Shown here one piece after another: positions 24,537 through 37,157 of a stretch of 64,000 nucleotides of DNA (within the stretch, counting starts at the first letter, position 1; every line of letters begins with the position of its first letter). Position numbers and translations under genes: made by a program. This DNA is from Octopus sinensis (Eukaryota), in assembly GCF_006345805.1 (NCBI RefSeq), contig NC_043019.1, positions 124,001 through 188,000 on the forward strand, in the 5' to 3' direction. Under the pieces are notes generated by a model that ran no database searches, was not told the origin of the DNA, and saw nothing but the letters and a program-made list of their open reading frames with translations.

Positions 24537-24684
24537 GATTTGGAGAGAGAATCGTGATCGACTTGTTGGCTTTCCAGGGCGATACCATTCTTGGAGTCAA
24601 TCTGAAAAGAAATTCTTGTACAAGGCGGACTATCTCGTGGATGGAATATCTCTTGTGTTAACTAGTGCCTGTTTCTTTCACAAG
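24537..24684 (+). CDS. EXTL3: EXTL3-like exon (148 nt)
   Basis: tag|...|gtgagg; (R)IWRENRDRLVGFPGRYHSWSQSEKKFLYKADYLVDGISLVLTSACFFHK; phase is compatible with the previous exon. Confidence 0.92.
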
Positions 24685-25103
24685 GTGAGGAAAATTGTTG
24701 TATTTAGGAATGGTCATTTTGCCACTTTAGCCAATAAAAACACACGCACTATATATTTGGTATTACTTTGCTTCAGCGTTATTTATTTTTTGCATTAATC
24801 TTAATCTTAGTTCGGCAAGAGTTCTTTTGTCACACTCCTGTGACCGCATCAATGGTCCTTTGCTTTCTTCTTTCTTATTTGTGTGTCTCTCCTTACTAAC
24901 CGTCAGCCATTTTGTATTTCTATTGTATGTGTCTTCATTTGCGCATGCGTATATCTCTATGTGCGTCTATGTTTAGTTAGTGTGAGGGGGAGGGGGATGC
25001 CTCTAATATTTGTATCTCCTGTTTATATACATTCGTGTAATTTGTTTATTCTTATTTTGTTCATGTGTTTACACCCACTTATTATTATCATCATCATCAT
25101 CAT

Positions 25104-25147
<44 letters not shown>

Positions 25148-25198
25148 TATTATTATTATTATTACTATTATTATTATTATACATACATACATACATAC

Positions 25199-25229
<31 letters not shown>

Positions 25230-25494
25230 CCTCCACCTCAGGACATGGTTGGTGCAGAGAGCGTGCAGAGGCCTTCATCCTGCAGCGGACTGAACATAGA
25301 CAATTAAATCCAATCCAAATGGTCAGTTTAAATGCTAAAGGGTTAACCAACCCAAGGCTATAGATCATTTTTGTTCAAGACGCCACATTATAAGATTGAA
25401 CTCAGGAACCACTTAGATCCGAAATTTAATTATTTTTTTTCATTTTTGATATATTATTACTACAAATATTAATTGACTTTGTTTTATCAATTAG

Positions 25495-25623
25495 CATTAC
25501 ACTTACCTTTATACATACATGATGCATCGAGCCATCTACAACTATGTTGAGAAGAATTTTAACTGTGAAGATATTGGTATAAACTTTCTTGTTGCTCATG
25601 TGATAAGGAAACCTCTATTCAAA
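25495..25623 (+). CDS. EXTL3: EXTL3-like exon (129 nt)
   Basis: tag|...|gtaagt; HYTYLYTYMMHRAIYNYVEKNFNCEDIGINFLVAHVIRKPLFK, containing the NCEDI motif. Confidence 0.92.
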
Positions 25624-26074
25624 GTAAGTAAACATTTTGGTGTATCAGATATTATTTCAGCTAGGAATGGTTAAAGTGTCTTGTACTATAACACCAAGTT
25701 AACCAAAGCTTCGTGAGTGGACTTCAGAGACAGAAAATGGAAGAAGCCCATCGGGCCATATAAAAAGCAGTGGTGCTGGTGTCACATAAAAAGCACTGGT
25801 GCTGGGCCCTGTAAAAATCACTGGTGTTGGTCCACATAAAAAGCATTGGTGATGGGGCTACATAAAAAGCACCAGTGATAGCATCGTGCAAAAAGTACCT
25901 GGTACTTTCTGTAAATTGGTTGGCATTGGAAAGGGCACCCAGCTGTAGAAACCAAACCAAAAACGGACTATGGAACCAGGTGCTCCTCTTGGTTTTGTCA
26001 AATCCTGTCAAGCCATCCAAGCAACGATGCCAGCATGGAAAACAGACATTAAATGATGACGATGATTAAAAATG

Positions 26075-26930
26075 ATGATGCTTTTAGCTGCTACAAGGAT
26101 AAAGGTGATGACTTAGATAGAAATAACTACAGAGGTATTAAACTGCTAGACCAAGTCATGAAAATTACTGAGAAGGTTATAGCTCAACTGATTAGGAATA
26201 GAATTAAACTCGATGAGATGCAGTTTGGTCTTGTACCTGGGAAGAGTACCACAGATGCCATCTTCCTAGTGCAACAGCTGCAGGAAAAGTACTTGGCCAA
26301 AAGTAAGCCATTGTTCTCAGCCTTTGTTGATCTGGAGAAAGCTTTCGACAGAATTCCTCACTCTGTTATATGGTGGTCTCCAAGGAAGTTAGGAATAGAG
26401 AAGTGACTTGTTAGAGCTGTGCAAGCCATGTACAGTGGTGCTGTCAGTAAGGTGAGAGTCAGCCATGAATACAGTGATGAATTTAGTGTACAAGTACAAG
26501 GCTCAGTTCTAAGCCCACTCTTATTGATTATAGTCCTCGAGGCCATAACAGAGGAATTCAAAACTGGATGCCAGTGGGAACTACTATATGCTGATGACCT
26601 TGTTTTTATCTCAGAATTGGAGAAGAAATTCCAGGTATGGAAACAAAACCTGGAATCAAAATGCCTTATTGTTGACCTAGCAAATACTAAACATTTTGTT
26701 AGTAAGAAAGAAGATAAAACTCTCTATCCATCAGGTAAATGGCCCTGCTCAACATGTAGGAAAGAAGTTATAAGAAATTTCATTCACTGCACTTAGTGTC
26801 AACTATGGACACATAAGAGGTGCAGTGGAATCACAGGTAGATTAACAGATAAAGTCATCTTTCTTTGTGGCAGATGTTCCAGAACAATAAACACTAAGAG
26901 TACACAGGACTTAAATTCTCTCAAATGCCC
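26075..26930 (+). mobile_element. Decayed RTE-clade LINE RT fragment
   Basis: NYRGIKLL...QFGLVPGKSTTDAIF...FVDLEKAFDR; QGSVLSPLL; LYADD; stops and frameshifts. Confidence 0.85.
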
Positions 26931-26949
26931 AGGAAGCTCTCTCATTTTC

Positions 26950-27348
26950 TCTCTCTTTTACTTGTTTCAGTCATTTGACTGCGGCCATGCTGGAGCACTG
27001 CCTTTAGTTGAGCAAATCGACCCCAGGACTTATACTTTGTAAGCCCAGTACTTATTTTATCGGTCTCTTCTGCCGAACCGCTAAGTGACGGGGACGTAAA
27101 CACACCAGCATCGGTTGTCAAGCAATGCTAGGGGGGACAAACACAGACACACAAACATATACACACATACATATATACATACATATATACGACAGGTTTC
27201 TTTTAGTTTCCGTCTACCAAATCCACTCACAAGGCATTGGTCAGCCCGGGGCTAGAGCAGAAGACACTTGCCCAAGATGCCACGCAGTGGGACTGAACCC
27301 GGAACCATGTGGTTGGTAAGCAAGCTACTTACCACACAGCCACTCCTC
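26950..27348 (-). mobile_element. Composite SINE
   Basis: Full reverse-complement copy of the family at 302-735. Confidence 0.8.
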
Positions 27349-27664
27349 TTGAGGTAGTAGATAGCTTCTGTTACTGAGGTGACAAAATTAGCAATGGTGG
27401 CAGATGCTCTGAAAGTATCATTTCTAGAATAAGAATAGGGTGGGGGACGTTCAGAGAGCTACTGCCTCTGTTGGCAACAAAAGGACTCTCTCTCTCTCTC
27501 TTTCTCTCTCTCAGAGTGAAAGGTAGACTGTATGATGGTTGTGTGCAAACAGCTATACTCCATGGTAGTGATACATGAGCTCTGAATGAAGAAGTCATAT
27601 ATAGACTGGAGAGAAATCAAAGTAGTATGCAAGTAAAAGAGTATATATATATATATGTATATAT

Positions 27665-28160
<496 letters not shown>

Positions 28161-28194
28161 ATATGTATATATATATATATATTTTCATATATAT

Positions 28195-28738
28195 TGCACC
28201 AAAAGAAGGTCATGGTTGTTATTTGGCGGTCTGCGACCGGTTTCATCCATCACAGCCTTTTAGATCCAGGTGAAACCATTACGGTGTAGAAGTACTGTCA
28301 GCAAATGGATGAAATGCATAAGAAACTCCGACAACAACAGCCGGCATTGGTCAATAGAAAAAGGCCAATTCTTCTCCATGACAACGCTCGGTCACACGTC
28401 ACACAACTGACCCTGCAGCTGTTGAACGAATTGGGCTACGAAACTCTGCCACATCCGTCATACTCACCAGACTCTCACCTACTGACTACCACATTTTCAA
28501 GCATCACATCAATGCTCCAAAAACCAAGACAATGCCAAACACACCTTCAACGACTTCATTGATACCAGAATGCAGGATTTTTATGCTACTGGCATAAATA
28601 AACTTGTTTTGCGTTGGCAAAAGTCTGTTGATTCTGATGGTGTTTATTTCGATTGCTAAAGTTTTGTTTGAGCCAAGATATGTGCATCTGAATTTAAAGA
28701 TTAAAAACTGCAAAAATTTTCTTGACAACCTAATACAT
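28195..28738 (+). mobile_element. Mariner transposase fragment with right TIR
   Basis: HQKKVMVVIW; ILLHDNARSH; LPHPSYSPD; ends ...ttcttgacaacctaata. Confidence 0.85.
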
Positions 28739-28830
28739 AACTATATAGTTATATCTTGTCTCAGTCTCTACTGTTTGTGTCATGTACCATTGTCTAAGAA
28801 AATAACATTCTTGTTTTTTATACATTTCAG

Positions 28831-28989
28831 GTGACAAAGAAACGAGGTTTTCCTTGCAAATATTGTGGGAGGAAAAGCATTTCCACAAGCGAAGGCCATA
28901 AGTTCAAAAGAAAATATTGTTTGAATTTTTTCACAAAAGTCTATGGTTACACACCATTGATATTTACACAGTTTACAATAGACAATTAA
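28831..28989 (+). CDS. EXTL3: EXTL3-like terminal coding exon
   Basis: cag|VTKKRGFPCKYCGRKSISTSEGHKFKRKYCLNFFTKVYGYTPLIFTQFTIDN*; matches the C..C...R..C.N.F.KVYGY.PL..TQF pattern. Confidence 0.9.
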   Translation: MTKKRGFPCKYCGRKSISTSEGHKFKRKYCLNFFTKVYGYTPLIFTQFTIDN

Positions 28990-29689
28990 CCATAAAAGCA
29001 TAGTTATAACTCAAAGTTCTTAAATGATATATGAGCTATGGTGTGTAGCTAAGAAGAAAGGTGCCACTCTAAAAGAATTAATTATGTTAATTACCTTGCA
29101 TATGTAAGCGAAAGCAGTGTATTGTAATCACTCGTCTTCCTTTGTCTGTGTGTTTGCCAAATTACTGGAAATCGGCTGAATGGATTTTCACCACATTTAG
29201 CAGAAATACTCATTGGGTGAGTGGCTCAAAATGATGAACATTTGGTTTGATTCAAAATTTTTTTTAATTTTTAAAAATTAAACTTACAGATTTCCCAATA
29301 AGTGGTTGCATTATTTTATTCACTTTCTTTTTCATATGAATCGACCCTCGTCTGCATGTGTAAAGGTCATGGTGTACCTATGCACATAGATACATGTGCA
29401 TACATGCATAAATATATACATAGAAATGAGGCTGTGCATGTGTGTGTGTGTGTGTGTGTGTGCATGTATGTGCATGTGTACACTGATGGATTTGAGAATT
29501 TCGTTCATTTAAAAGTTGATTTCTTAATTTCACCAGAGTGTAAATATTTATAATATTTATATTAAAAATTGAAATTAATATTAATATTAAAAAAAAATTC
29601 AGTTCAATTAAAAAGCATAGGTAAGCAATGCATTGTAAGCCACAATATAATTTGCAAAAAGATTTATCTGCAGGCAACGTATGCATCAC

Positions 29690-30084
29690 CCCTCCGATGC
29701 CTGTTTCTTTTTCATTATGTATTTATTCCTATATATTGATGTTGACACATCCAGTAAGAGAGACAGAAGTGGATGAAGTCAGAGTCCAAAGGGTCAAGCA
29801 CAATAAACAAAATCATTGGGAGAAGCAGAAAACGAGAAGTTTGCCTATGTTCAGCGCCGTGAGGGCCAACAAACTGAAGACAGTGTGTGGGAGAAAATTG
29901 TGAAGTCATATGAGAGAAATGTGTCCGCATGGATGATAGCGCACTTGCGCTTAATGATTCTACAAAGAATGAGGCTTGGAGATGCCATTATGAAAGACTG
30001 CTGTACGTGGAGAATGAATGGGAGGAGAAGAGTCTGCCAAATGTTGACCGAGTTGAGGGATCAGATACCCAAATCAACAGTATT
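29690..30084 (+). mobile_element. Decayed RTE-like LINE fragment
   Basis: One frame reads ...NEAWRCHYERLLYVENEWEEKSLPNV, like the RTE linker upstream of RT. Confidence 0.5.
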
Positions 30085-30397
30085 GGCGCAGGAGTGGCTG
30101 TGTGGTAAGTAGCTTGCTTACTAACCACATGGTTCCGGTTTCAGTCCCACTGCGTGGCACCTTGGGCAAGTGTCTTCTACTATAGCCTCGGGCCGACCAA
30201 AGCCTTGTGAGTGGATTGGTAGACGGAAACTGAAAGAAGCCCATCGTATATGCGTGTGTGTGTCTGTGTTTGTCCCCCTAGCATTGCTTGACAACCGATG
30301 CTGGTGTGTTTATGTCCCCGTCACTTAGCGCTTCGGCAAAAGAGACTGATAGAATAAGTACTGGGCTTACAAAAGAATAAGTTCCGGGGTCGAGTTG
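30085..30397 (+). mobile_element. Composite SINE (short internal microsatellite)
   Basis: Same family as 302-735. Confidence 0.8.
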
Positions 30398-30399
30398 CG

Positions 30400-30640
30400 G
30401 GGTCCTTCATCGAAAACCGGTGTTTACCATGCGTTGACGAGAGGCAATTACCTTGAAACTATAGTCCGTATGTAGCACTTAGGTTTTCGAGGGAGGATGA
30501 CCTCCCTTTGCAAATAACACAAGGGCACTGAGATTGTGTCTAAAGTCCATCTGGTGACGTTGATCGCCTGGGGCTAAAAGCATCAGTAACACCCCACCCC
30601 CAGTAGCTAGCCACATTCAGATGGCTAGTACACCTTACGT
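30400..30640 (+). mobile_element. Diverged member of the retrozyme-like hammerhead repeat
   Basis: Shares ctggggcta, ggatg...ccctt.gcaaata and agcca.attca.atggc blocks with 5781-6055. Confidence 0.6.
30428..30472 (+). ncRNA. Minimal type I hammerhead (C3U variant, GUC site)
   Basis: catgcg-TTGACGA-gagg..cctt-GAAA-ctatag-TC-cgtatg. Confidence 0.65.
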
Positions 30641-30645
30641 TATAT

Positions 30646-30705
<60 letters not shown>

Positions 30706-30754
30706 AAAATAAGTCAAAATAGAAAATGCTAAAATAATTTTATAGTGAACATTT

Positions 30755-30792
30755 CAGTACCGGTTTCGGTCATTTTGAGACCTTTTCAACTG
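30755..30792 (-). ncRNA. Minimal hammerhead, U3-A8 compensatory core variant
   Basis: Reverse complement of 34477-34514. Confidence 0.75.
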
Positions 30793-32240
30793 TAACGATT
30801 AAATAATTAAATTTAGAAAAATTAGAAGAAAAGTTTTTTTAAAGGAATATTTCTATAGTAGTGTTCAGATATAAGTAGCATTCTGCTTTTCTCTGACTCC
30901 CTTGTTTGCACTTGTGTGTTGTAGGTCGTTGTGAATTCTTGGTAGGGTAGAAGAAGAAGAAGAAGAAGAAGAAGAAGAAGAAGAAGAAGAAGAAGAAGAA
31001 GAAGAAGAAGAAGAAGAAGAAGAAGAAGAAGAAGAAGAAGAAGAAGAAGAAGAAGAAGAAGAAGAAGGCTGATGTGGAGAGGGGGTGGGAAAATCTGGGA
31101 GTGCCCTGATAAAGAAATAGGTATAATAATGAAGAAATAGGTCGTATTTTGAATGGCCAGTGGCGGCTGGCAGTCGCAGTTCAATTCAGGAGAATATTTC
31201 TATTGACAGGCATGTTTATGGAATTTGCGTAGGTGTTATACTGAAAAAGCATTAGTGACAAAGTTAAGAGGTAGAAGGTGGAGAAGAAGAAGAAGAAGAA
31301 GAAGAAGAAGAAGAAGAAGAAGAAGAAAAGAAGAAGAAGAAGAAGAAGAAGAAGGCTGATGTGGAGAGGGGGTGGGAAAATCTGGGAGTGCCCTGATAAA
31401 GAAATAGGTATAATAATGAAGAAATAGGTCGTATTTTGAATGGCCAGTGGCGGCTGGCAGTCGCAGTTCAATTCAGGAGAATATTTCTATTGACAGGCAT
31501 GTTTATGGAATTTGCGTAGGTGTTATACTGAAAAAGCATTAGTGACAAAGTTAAGAGGTAGAAGGTGGAGAAGAAGAAGAAGAAGAAGAAGAAGAAGAAG
31601 AAGAAGAAGAAGAAGAAGAAGAAGAAGAAGAAGAAGAAGAAGAAGAAGAAGAAGAAGAAGAAGGCTGATGTGGAGAGGGGGTGGGAAAATCTGGGAGTGC
31701 CCTGATAAAGAAATAGGTATAATAATAAAGAAATTGGTCGTATTTTGAATGGCCAGTGGCGGCTGGCAGTCGCAGTTCAATTCAGGAGAATATTTCTATT
31801 GACAGGCATGTTTATGGAATTTGCGTAGGTGTTATACTGAAAAAGCATTAGTGACAAAGTTAAGAGGTAGAAGGTGGAGAAGTAGTAGTAGTAGAAGAAG
31901 AAGAAGAAGAAGAAGAAGAAGAAGAAGAAGAAGAAGAAGAAGAAGAAGATGACGATGTTGATGATGATGATGATGATGAAGAAGAAGAAGAAGAAGAAGA
32001 AGAAGAAGAAGAAGAAGAAGAAGAAGAAGAAGAAGAAGAAGAAGAAGATGGAGAAGATGATGATGATGGTGGTGATGATGATGACGACGATGATGATGAT
32101 AATGATGATGATGAAGAAGAAGAGGAAGAAGAAGAGAAAAACAGAGAAGGGAGAATATGAATGGGTGAAAGTTAGTAATGGATTCTTTGGAAAGTAATAT
32201 TTGTGTATCTATATTTCTTTTATTCTAAATTTGAGGTATA

Positions 32241-32567
32241 TTAATTGTTTGTCGTAGACCCGTTAAGAAGTGGCCTGTATTTTGTAATAAAGAGAGTTTC
32301 TTTACTTATTCGTTGTCTCGAGGTTGTATCGTCCCTAAATTGGTAGAGGGGGAAAATCCTGAAGCTTGGTGTTTTTTTGTTGGCGCAAGTATCTATGTGT
32401 TGGCTAAAAGCTATTTTTCTGTTTTGGGGAATTTTTATCTGGGATCTGTGCAGGGCCATTCGTTTACGCAAACTATTTTTCGTTTGGCCTATGTACTGCT
32501 CTTGACACCCGGAGCAGGTTAGTGAGTATATTAGGTTCTCCGAAGCATATGTGAAGTTGCTTTTCAC
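32241..32567 (-). pseudogene. Penelope GIY-YIG endonuclease (split from the RT frame)
   Basis: NLIYSLTCSGCQEQYIGQTKNSLRKRMALH. Confidence 0.85.
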
Positions 32568-32762
32568 TGTAAACCGTTGTCCCTGTTTGAAGGAGAACTC
32601 TGATCCCTCAATTAGATAGTCGCATATCCCGCAATTGGGTCTTCCACATTTTTTTACTGTCGGCTTGTGTTGAAGAGTGAATTCGGGCTTGTGTTAGAAG
32701 ACTTTTCATGGATTTAGGCTGTCTCTTGCTTTTTATGATCGTGTGTGTTTGGAGAATTGTGT

Positions 32763-34070
32763 TCATTCTGTGGCCTTTTTTAGGAGGGGTATGTTGTGGA
32801 GGATGGTGCCGAAGGCTTCGTTATTGAGAGGTTTGTGTGTGGAGATGTATGGTAAGGCTTTTGGTTGTAAGTTTTTCTTTGATTTGGGATGTCTCAGTTC
32901 CTTGCTGTTAAGTTGAAGGGCACGTTGAATGCACTTGTCAATAAGTGAAGGTGGATAGTTCCTGGTGACAAGGGTATCTTTTAGTTCTTGTAGTCGTGTG
33001 TCTCTGGTGTTTGCGTTAGAGACTATAGTGCATATACTTTTTGCTAGATTGAAGGGGATATTCATCCTGGTGTGTCTAGGGTGGCATGAATTGAATGGAA
33101 GGTATTGCTTAGAGTCTGTAGGCTTATAATATATGTATGTTTCTATTATATTATTGGCTTTCTTAATGAGGATATCGAGGAAGGGGAGTTGTTGCTGGCT
33201 ATATTCCATCGTGAATTGGATGTTTACGTCCAGTCCGTTTAACATTTCCTGGAATTCTATGAGTTTTTCTATACTTTTATGCCAAAGAATGAAACAGTCA
33301 TCTAGATATCTCTTCCAGTTGTTTTCTATGTAGATGGAGAAAGGGCTGCCATATCTTTCTAGAACCTTACGATACAGACTGATCTCTAGATATCCTATGA
33401 CTAGGTTGGCAAAGGAGGAGGCCATTCGTGTACCCATCGCAGTCCCCGATTTTTGTCGGTAGAAGTTGTCATTGAAGGCGAAGAAGTTATTTTCCAGGAT
33501 GAATTTAACCCCTTCTATCACGAATTCTTTTTTGATGCGATGTGGTAGTTCGTTGGCGTGATTCTCTAGCCAGAATTGGATTGCCTCTAGTCCTAGGTTG
33601 TGGGGGATATTGGAGTAGAGGTTGACTACATCGAAGGATACCAGTATGGTGTTTTTGTTTATAGTATTCGGTAGGTGATTGAGCATATCTAAGTCGTCCC
33701 TTATATAGCTTTTGACATGTTTGAGGAGTGGTTTTAACAGGGTGTCTAAAAAGTTACTGAGGCGGTGGGTTTCGCATGCGGGACCTGCTATTATGGGTCT
33801 CAATTTGAGGTCATTAGGATTAGGGACTTTAATTATTTTGTCTGTAGCTATCTTGCATGCGTTGCTTATTTTCTCACTTTTGTGGATCTTAGGTATACCG
33901 TAGAATTGGCTGGTTTTACTTGTGAAATTGGTCATATAATCATATTCTTTGTTGGTGAGCCCTGCTTTGTATGGGTTTAACATGGATTTTAGTTCCCTCA
34001 TTATTTTTTGTTGACTGTAGTTTTGTGCCTTTTCATAGTATGTTGTGTCTTCCAGCATAGAAAGTACCAA
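32763..34070 (-). CDS. Penelope reverse transcriptase (5'-truncated)
   Basis: FYGIPKIHK; LRPIIAG; FDVVNLYSNI; GTAMGTRMA; WKRYLDD; LPFLDI. Confidence 0.9.
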   Translation of the reverse strand: MVLSMLEDTTYYEKAQNYSQQKIMRELKSMLNPYKAGLTNKEYDYMTNFTSKTSQFYGIPKIHKSEKISNACKIATDKIIKVPNPNDLKLRPIIAGPACETHRLSNFLDTLLKPLLKHVKSYIRDDLDMLNHLPNTINKNTILVSFDVVNLYSNIPHNLGLEAIQFWLENHANELPHRIKKEFVIEGVKFILENNFFAFNDNFYRQKSGTAMGTRMASSFANLVIGYLEISLYRKVLERYGSPFSIYIENNWKRYLDDCFILWHKSIEKLIEFQEMLNGLDVNIQFTMEYSQQQLPFLDILIKKANNIIETYIYYKPTDSKQYLPFNSCHPRHTRMNIPFNLAKSICTIVSNANTRDTRLQELKDTLVTRNYPPSLIDKCIQRALQLNSKELRHPKSKKNLQPKALPYISTHKPLNNEAFGTILHNIPLLKKATE

Positions 34071-34476
34071 AGTTATGTAAAATGTCGTATCTATTAAGAC
34101 AACAGCACTCCCTTTATCGGCCTCTTTGATTGTTATTGTTTTATCTTGTTTTTAACACCTACGCAAATTCCATAAACAAGCCTGTCAATAGAAATATTCT
34201 CCTGAATTGAACTGCGACTGCCAGCCGCCACTGACCATTCAAAATACGACCATCAGGGCACTCCCAGATTTTCCCACCCCCTCTCCACATCAGCCTTCTT
34301 CTTCTTCTTCTTCTTCTTCTACCCTACCAAGAATTCACAACGACCTACAACACACAAGTGCAAACAAGGGAGTCAGAGAAAAGCAGAATGCTACTTATAT
34401 CTGAACACTACTATAGAAATATTCCTTTAAAAAAACTTTTCTTCTAATTTTTCTAAATTTAATTATTTAATCGTTA

Positions 34477-34514
34477 CAGTTGAAAAGGTCTCAAAATGAC
34501 CGAAACCGGTACTG
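34477..34514 (+). ncRNA. Minimal hammerhead, U3-A8 compensatory core variant
   Basis: cag-TTGAAAA-ggtc tcaaaat gacc-GAAA-ccgg-TA-ctg; stem III lies in the palindrome ACCGGT. Confidence 0.75.
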
Positions 34515-34600
34515 AAATGTTCACTATAAAATTATTTTAGCATTTTCTATTTTGACTTATTTTTACATATATATCAACTCGTGTGTTCCTTTCCACCCTT

Positions 34601-34671
<71 letters not shown>

Positions 34672-35445
34672 AATTCCAAACAGCTGATTTTCTTTTTATC
34701 ATGCTAGGGCTAATGAAAATAATTAAGAAATAATTTAGTGTTACTTCCTTGAAATGAATCTGGAACTGGTTATTACATATGCTCAATGGGAAAGATCACC
34801 TGACTGAAGATTAACAGCATCCCCTTGACTTGCTATGAATAAACTCTGTTACCTCCAAATTCAAAGAGTCAGCCAGGGGTTAGCGAAGGAAATGACAAGG
34901 TGCTGAGTGGAGAATTGATTTGATGCAATATGTTTCAATGAAACAGACAGCATTCTCAACTAAAGGCGACCGACAACAGTTCCGTTAGTTCGGTTTCAAC
35001 GATATTTCTTCAAAAGAAAAAGAATGGAGAAATGTTTTGTGAGAAAACGAAAAAAAAAACAACTAGAAACAGAAAGCATTAAAATCGGTTTTGGCAAATC
35101 GGTTTCGGTTTTACTGATCGTAATGTAAAACCGGTTTTAACTGGTTTTATAAAACTGGTTTCGAGGCCTAGTATAAATGCGTGGCAGATCAGCTCAAGAG
35201 AGGACCTGGCTAGCTGGGAATTTGTCTTGTTATGTGATTTTCAACAGCTTTCTCAGGCAGTTCGGTTTGCATGGCATTCATAATCTATCCAAGTCTCACA
35301 GGCATTCAGTTGTGGGAGCGTAAAATGTTACCGTTGATTTCAAATTTTGGCACAAGGCCAGCAATTTTAGAGGAGGGGACAAATCGATTACACCAACCCC
35401 CAGTGCTGAACTGGTACTTATTTCATTGACCCCAAAAGGATAACA

Positions 35446-35594
35446 GAGAGAGAGAGAGAAAGAGAGAGAGGGAGAGAGAGGGAGAGAGAGGGAGAGAGAG
35501 GGTGAGAGAAAGAGAGAGAGAGATAGTGGGAGGGAAAGAGAATGGGAGGGACGGAGTGAGAGAGAGAGAGAAAGAGAGAGAGAGAGCGATAGAA

Positions 35595-35663
<69 letters not shown>

Positions 35664-35854
35664 GAGAGAGAGAGAGGGAGAGAGAGAGAGGGAGAGAGAG
35701 AGGGAGAGAGAGGGAGAGAGAGGGTGAGAGAAAGAGAGAGAGAGATAGTGGGAGGGAAAGAGAATGGGAGGGACGGAGTGAGAGAGAGAGAGAAAGAGAG
35801 AGAGAGAGCGATAGAAAGAGAGAGAGAGAGAAAGAGAGAGAGAGGGAGAGAGAG

Positions 35855-35895
<41 letters not shown>
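35446..35895. repeat. Polypurine (GA)n array with an internal ~230-bp tandem duplication
   Basis: The atagtgggagggaaagagaatgggagggacggagt block occurs twice. Confidence 0.9.
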
Positions 35896-36239
35896 CACAC
35901 TACGCTCTCGTTGTTTCAGCTCTATATCAGTACTAATTCCATACAGCTAACAGAGACGGTCAAACAGTGACCATCCCACCTCGTTATTAAAATTCTGACC
36001 GGGACAAATCTGTCGGATATGAACAGATGTTTTTTTTGTTTTTTTTTAAATAATCACAAACATCGCAAGTGAGACAGTCATGGCTGGAAAGGCTTTTCAT
36101 CACAGGACTGACTATTGGAACGGAAACAGTGGTTACGAAGCGAAGTTACGAATCGCTCATGCTGTCGTAGCGTTTTCTCCGTCAACATTCTGAGCCGTTT
36201 AATACGAGAGTTATTTCCCTTGTGGAGAGAAAGGGAGTC

Positions 36240-36812
36240 AGATAGCAGCAGCAAGAGTAAAATCAACCACAGCAAAGGCAAAAAAGGCAGCAGCCATAGC
36301 AGCAGCAGCAGCAGCCATAGCAGCAGCAGCCATAGCAGCAGCAGCAGCAGCAGCAGCCGTAGCAGTAGCAGCAGCAGCAGCCATAGCAGCAGCAGAGGCC
36401 GCAGCCATAGCAGCAGTAGCAGCAGCCATAGCAGCGGCAGCAGCCATAGCAGCAGCAGCAGCAGCCTGAACAGCAGCAGCAGCAGCAGATATAGCAGCAG
36501 CAGATATAGCAGCAGCAGCCTAAACAGCAGAAGCAGCAGCCATAGCAGCAGCAGGAGCAGCCTGAACAGCAGCAGCAGCAGCCATAGCAGCAGCAGCCTA
36601 AACAGCAGAAGCAGCAGCCATAGCAGCCATAGCAGCAGCAGCACCCAGAGCAGCAGTAGCCATAGCAGCAGCAGTCATAGGAGCAGCAGCAGCCTAAACA
36701 GCAGCAGCAGCCATAGCAGCAGCCATAGCAGCAGCCACAGCAGCAACAGCAGCAGCCATAGCAGCAACAGCAGCAGCCATAGCAGCCACAGCAGCAGCCA
36801 TAGCAGCAGCAG
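36240..36812. repeat. Degenerate (AGC)n/CATAGC trinucleotide array
   Basis: Seen directly; one + frame is open and Ser/His-rich. Confidence 0.9.
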
Positions 36813-37157
36813 GAAGGACGCAACTTCAGAATTGAAAGACATGAAATCGCAAACAACTTCTATAACAAACAAACATCTGAATTGAAGCCTTTCTTTCGTC
36901 AAGGGAAATAACTCTTGTATTAAACCGCTGAGAATGCTGAGAGAGAAAACGTCCCGACAGCATGGGTGGACATATGCTTAAGAATCTCGCTTTGCAGCCA
37001 CTAAAATTCCGTTTCAATATATTGCAGTGTATTACAGCTTTGGGCCAATCAATGCCCTGTAAACAAGTATAGTACATGTGGACAATGTGATGGGTACATA
37101 CATACAAACATACGTACATACATATAAGTACATACCCACATCTACATGTATGTAAAG

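Larger units (their letters stand above)
30703..34566 (-). mobile_element. 5'-truncated Penelope element with inverted terminal pLTR and tandem 3' repeats
   Basis: RT and GIY-YIG ORFs on -. 30703-~31245 is inverted at ~34135-34566. Three tandem units separated by (GAA)n at 31066-31880. Confidence 0.9.

Noticed and set aside
25740-25900. Short ~24-bp repeats that could suggest a CRISPR array
   Set aside because: This is a degenerate minisatellite without unique spacers, in a eukaryotic context with no cas genes.
36263-36856. Cys/Gly/Tyr-rich ORF resembling keratin-associated proteins
   Set aside because: It is the antisense reading of the (AGC)n array and starts at TTG, with no independent support.
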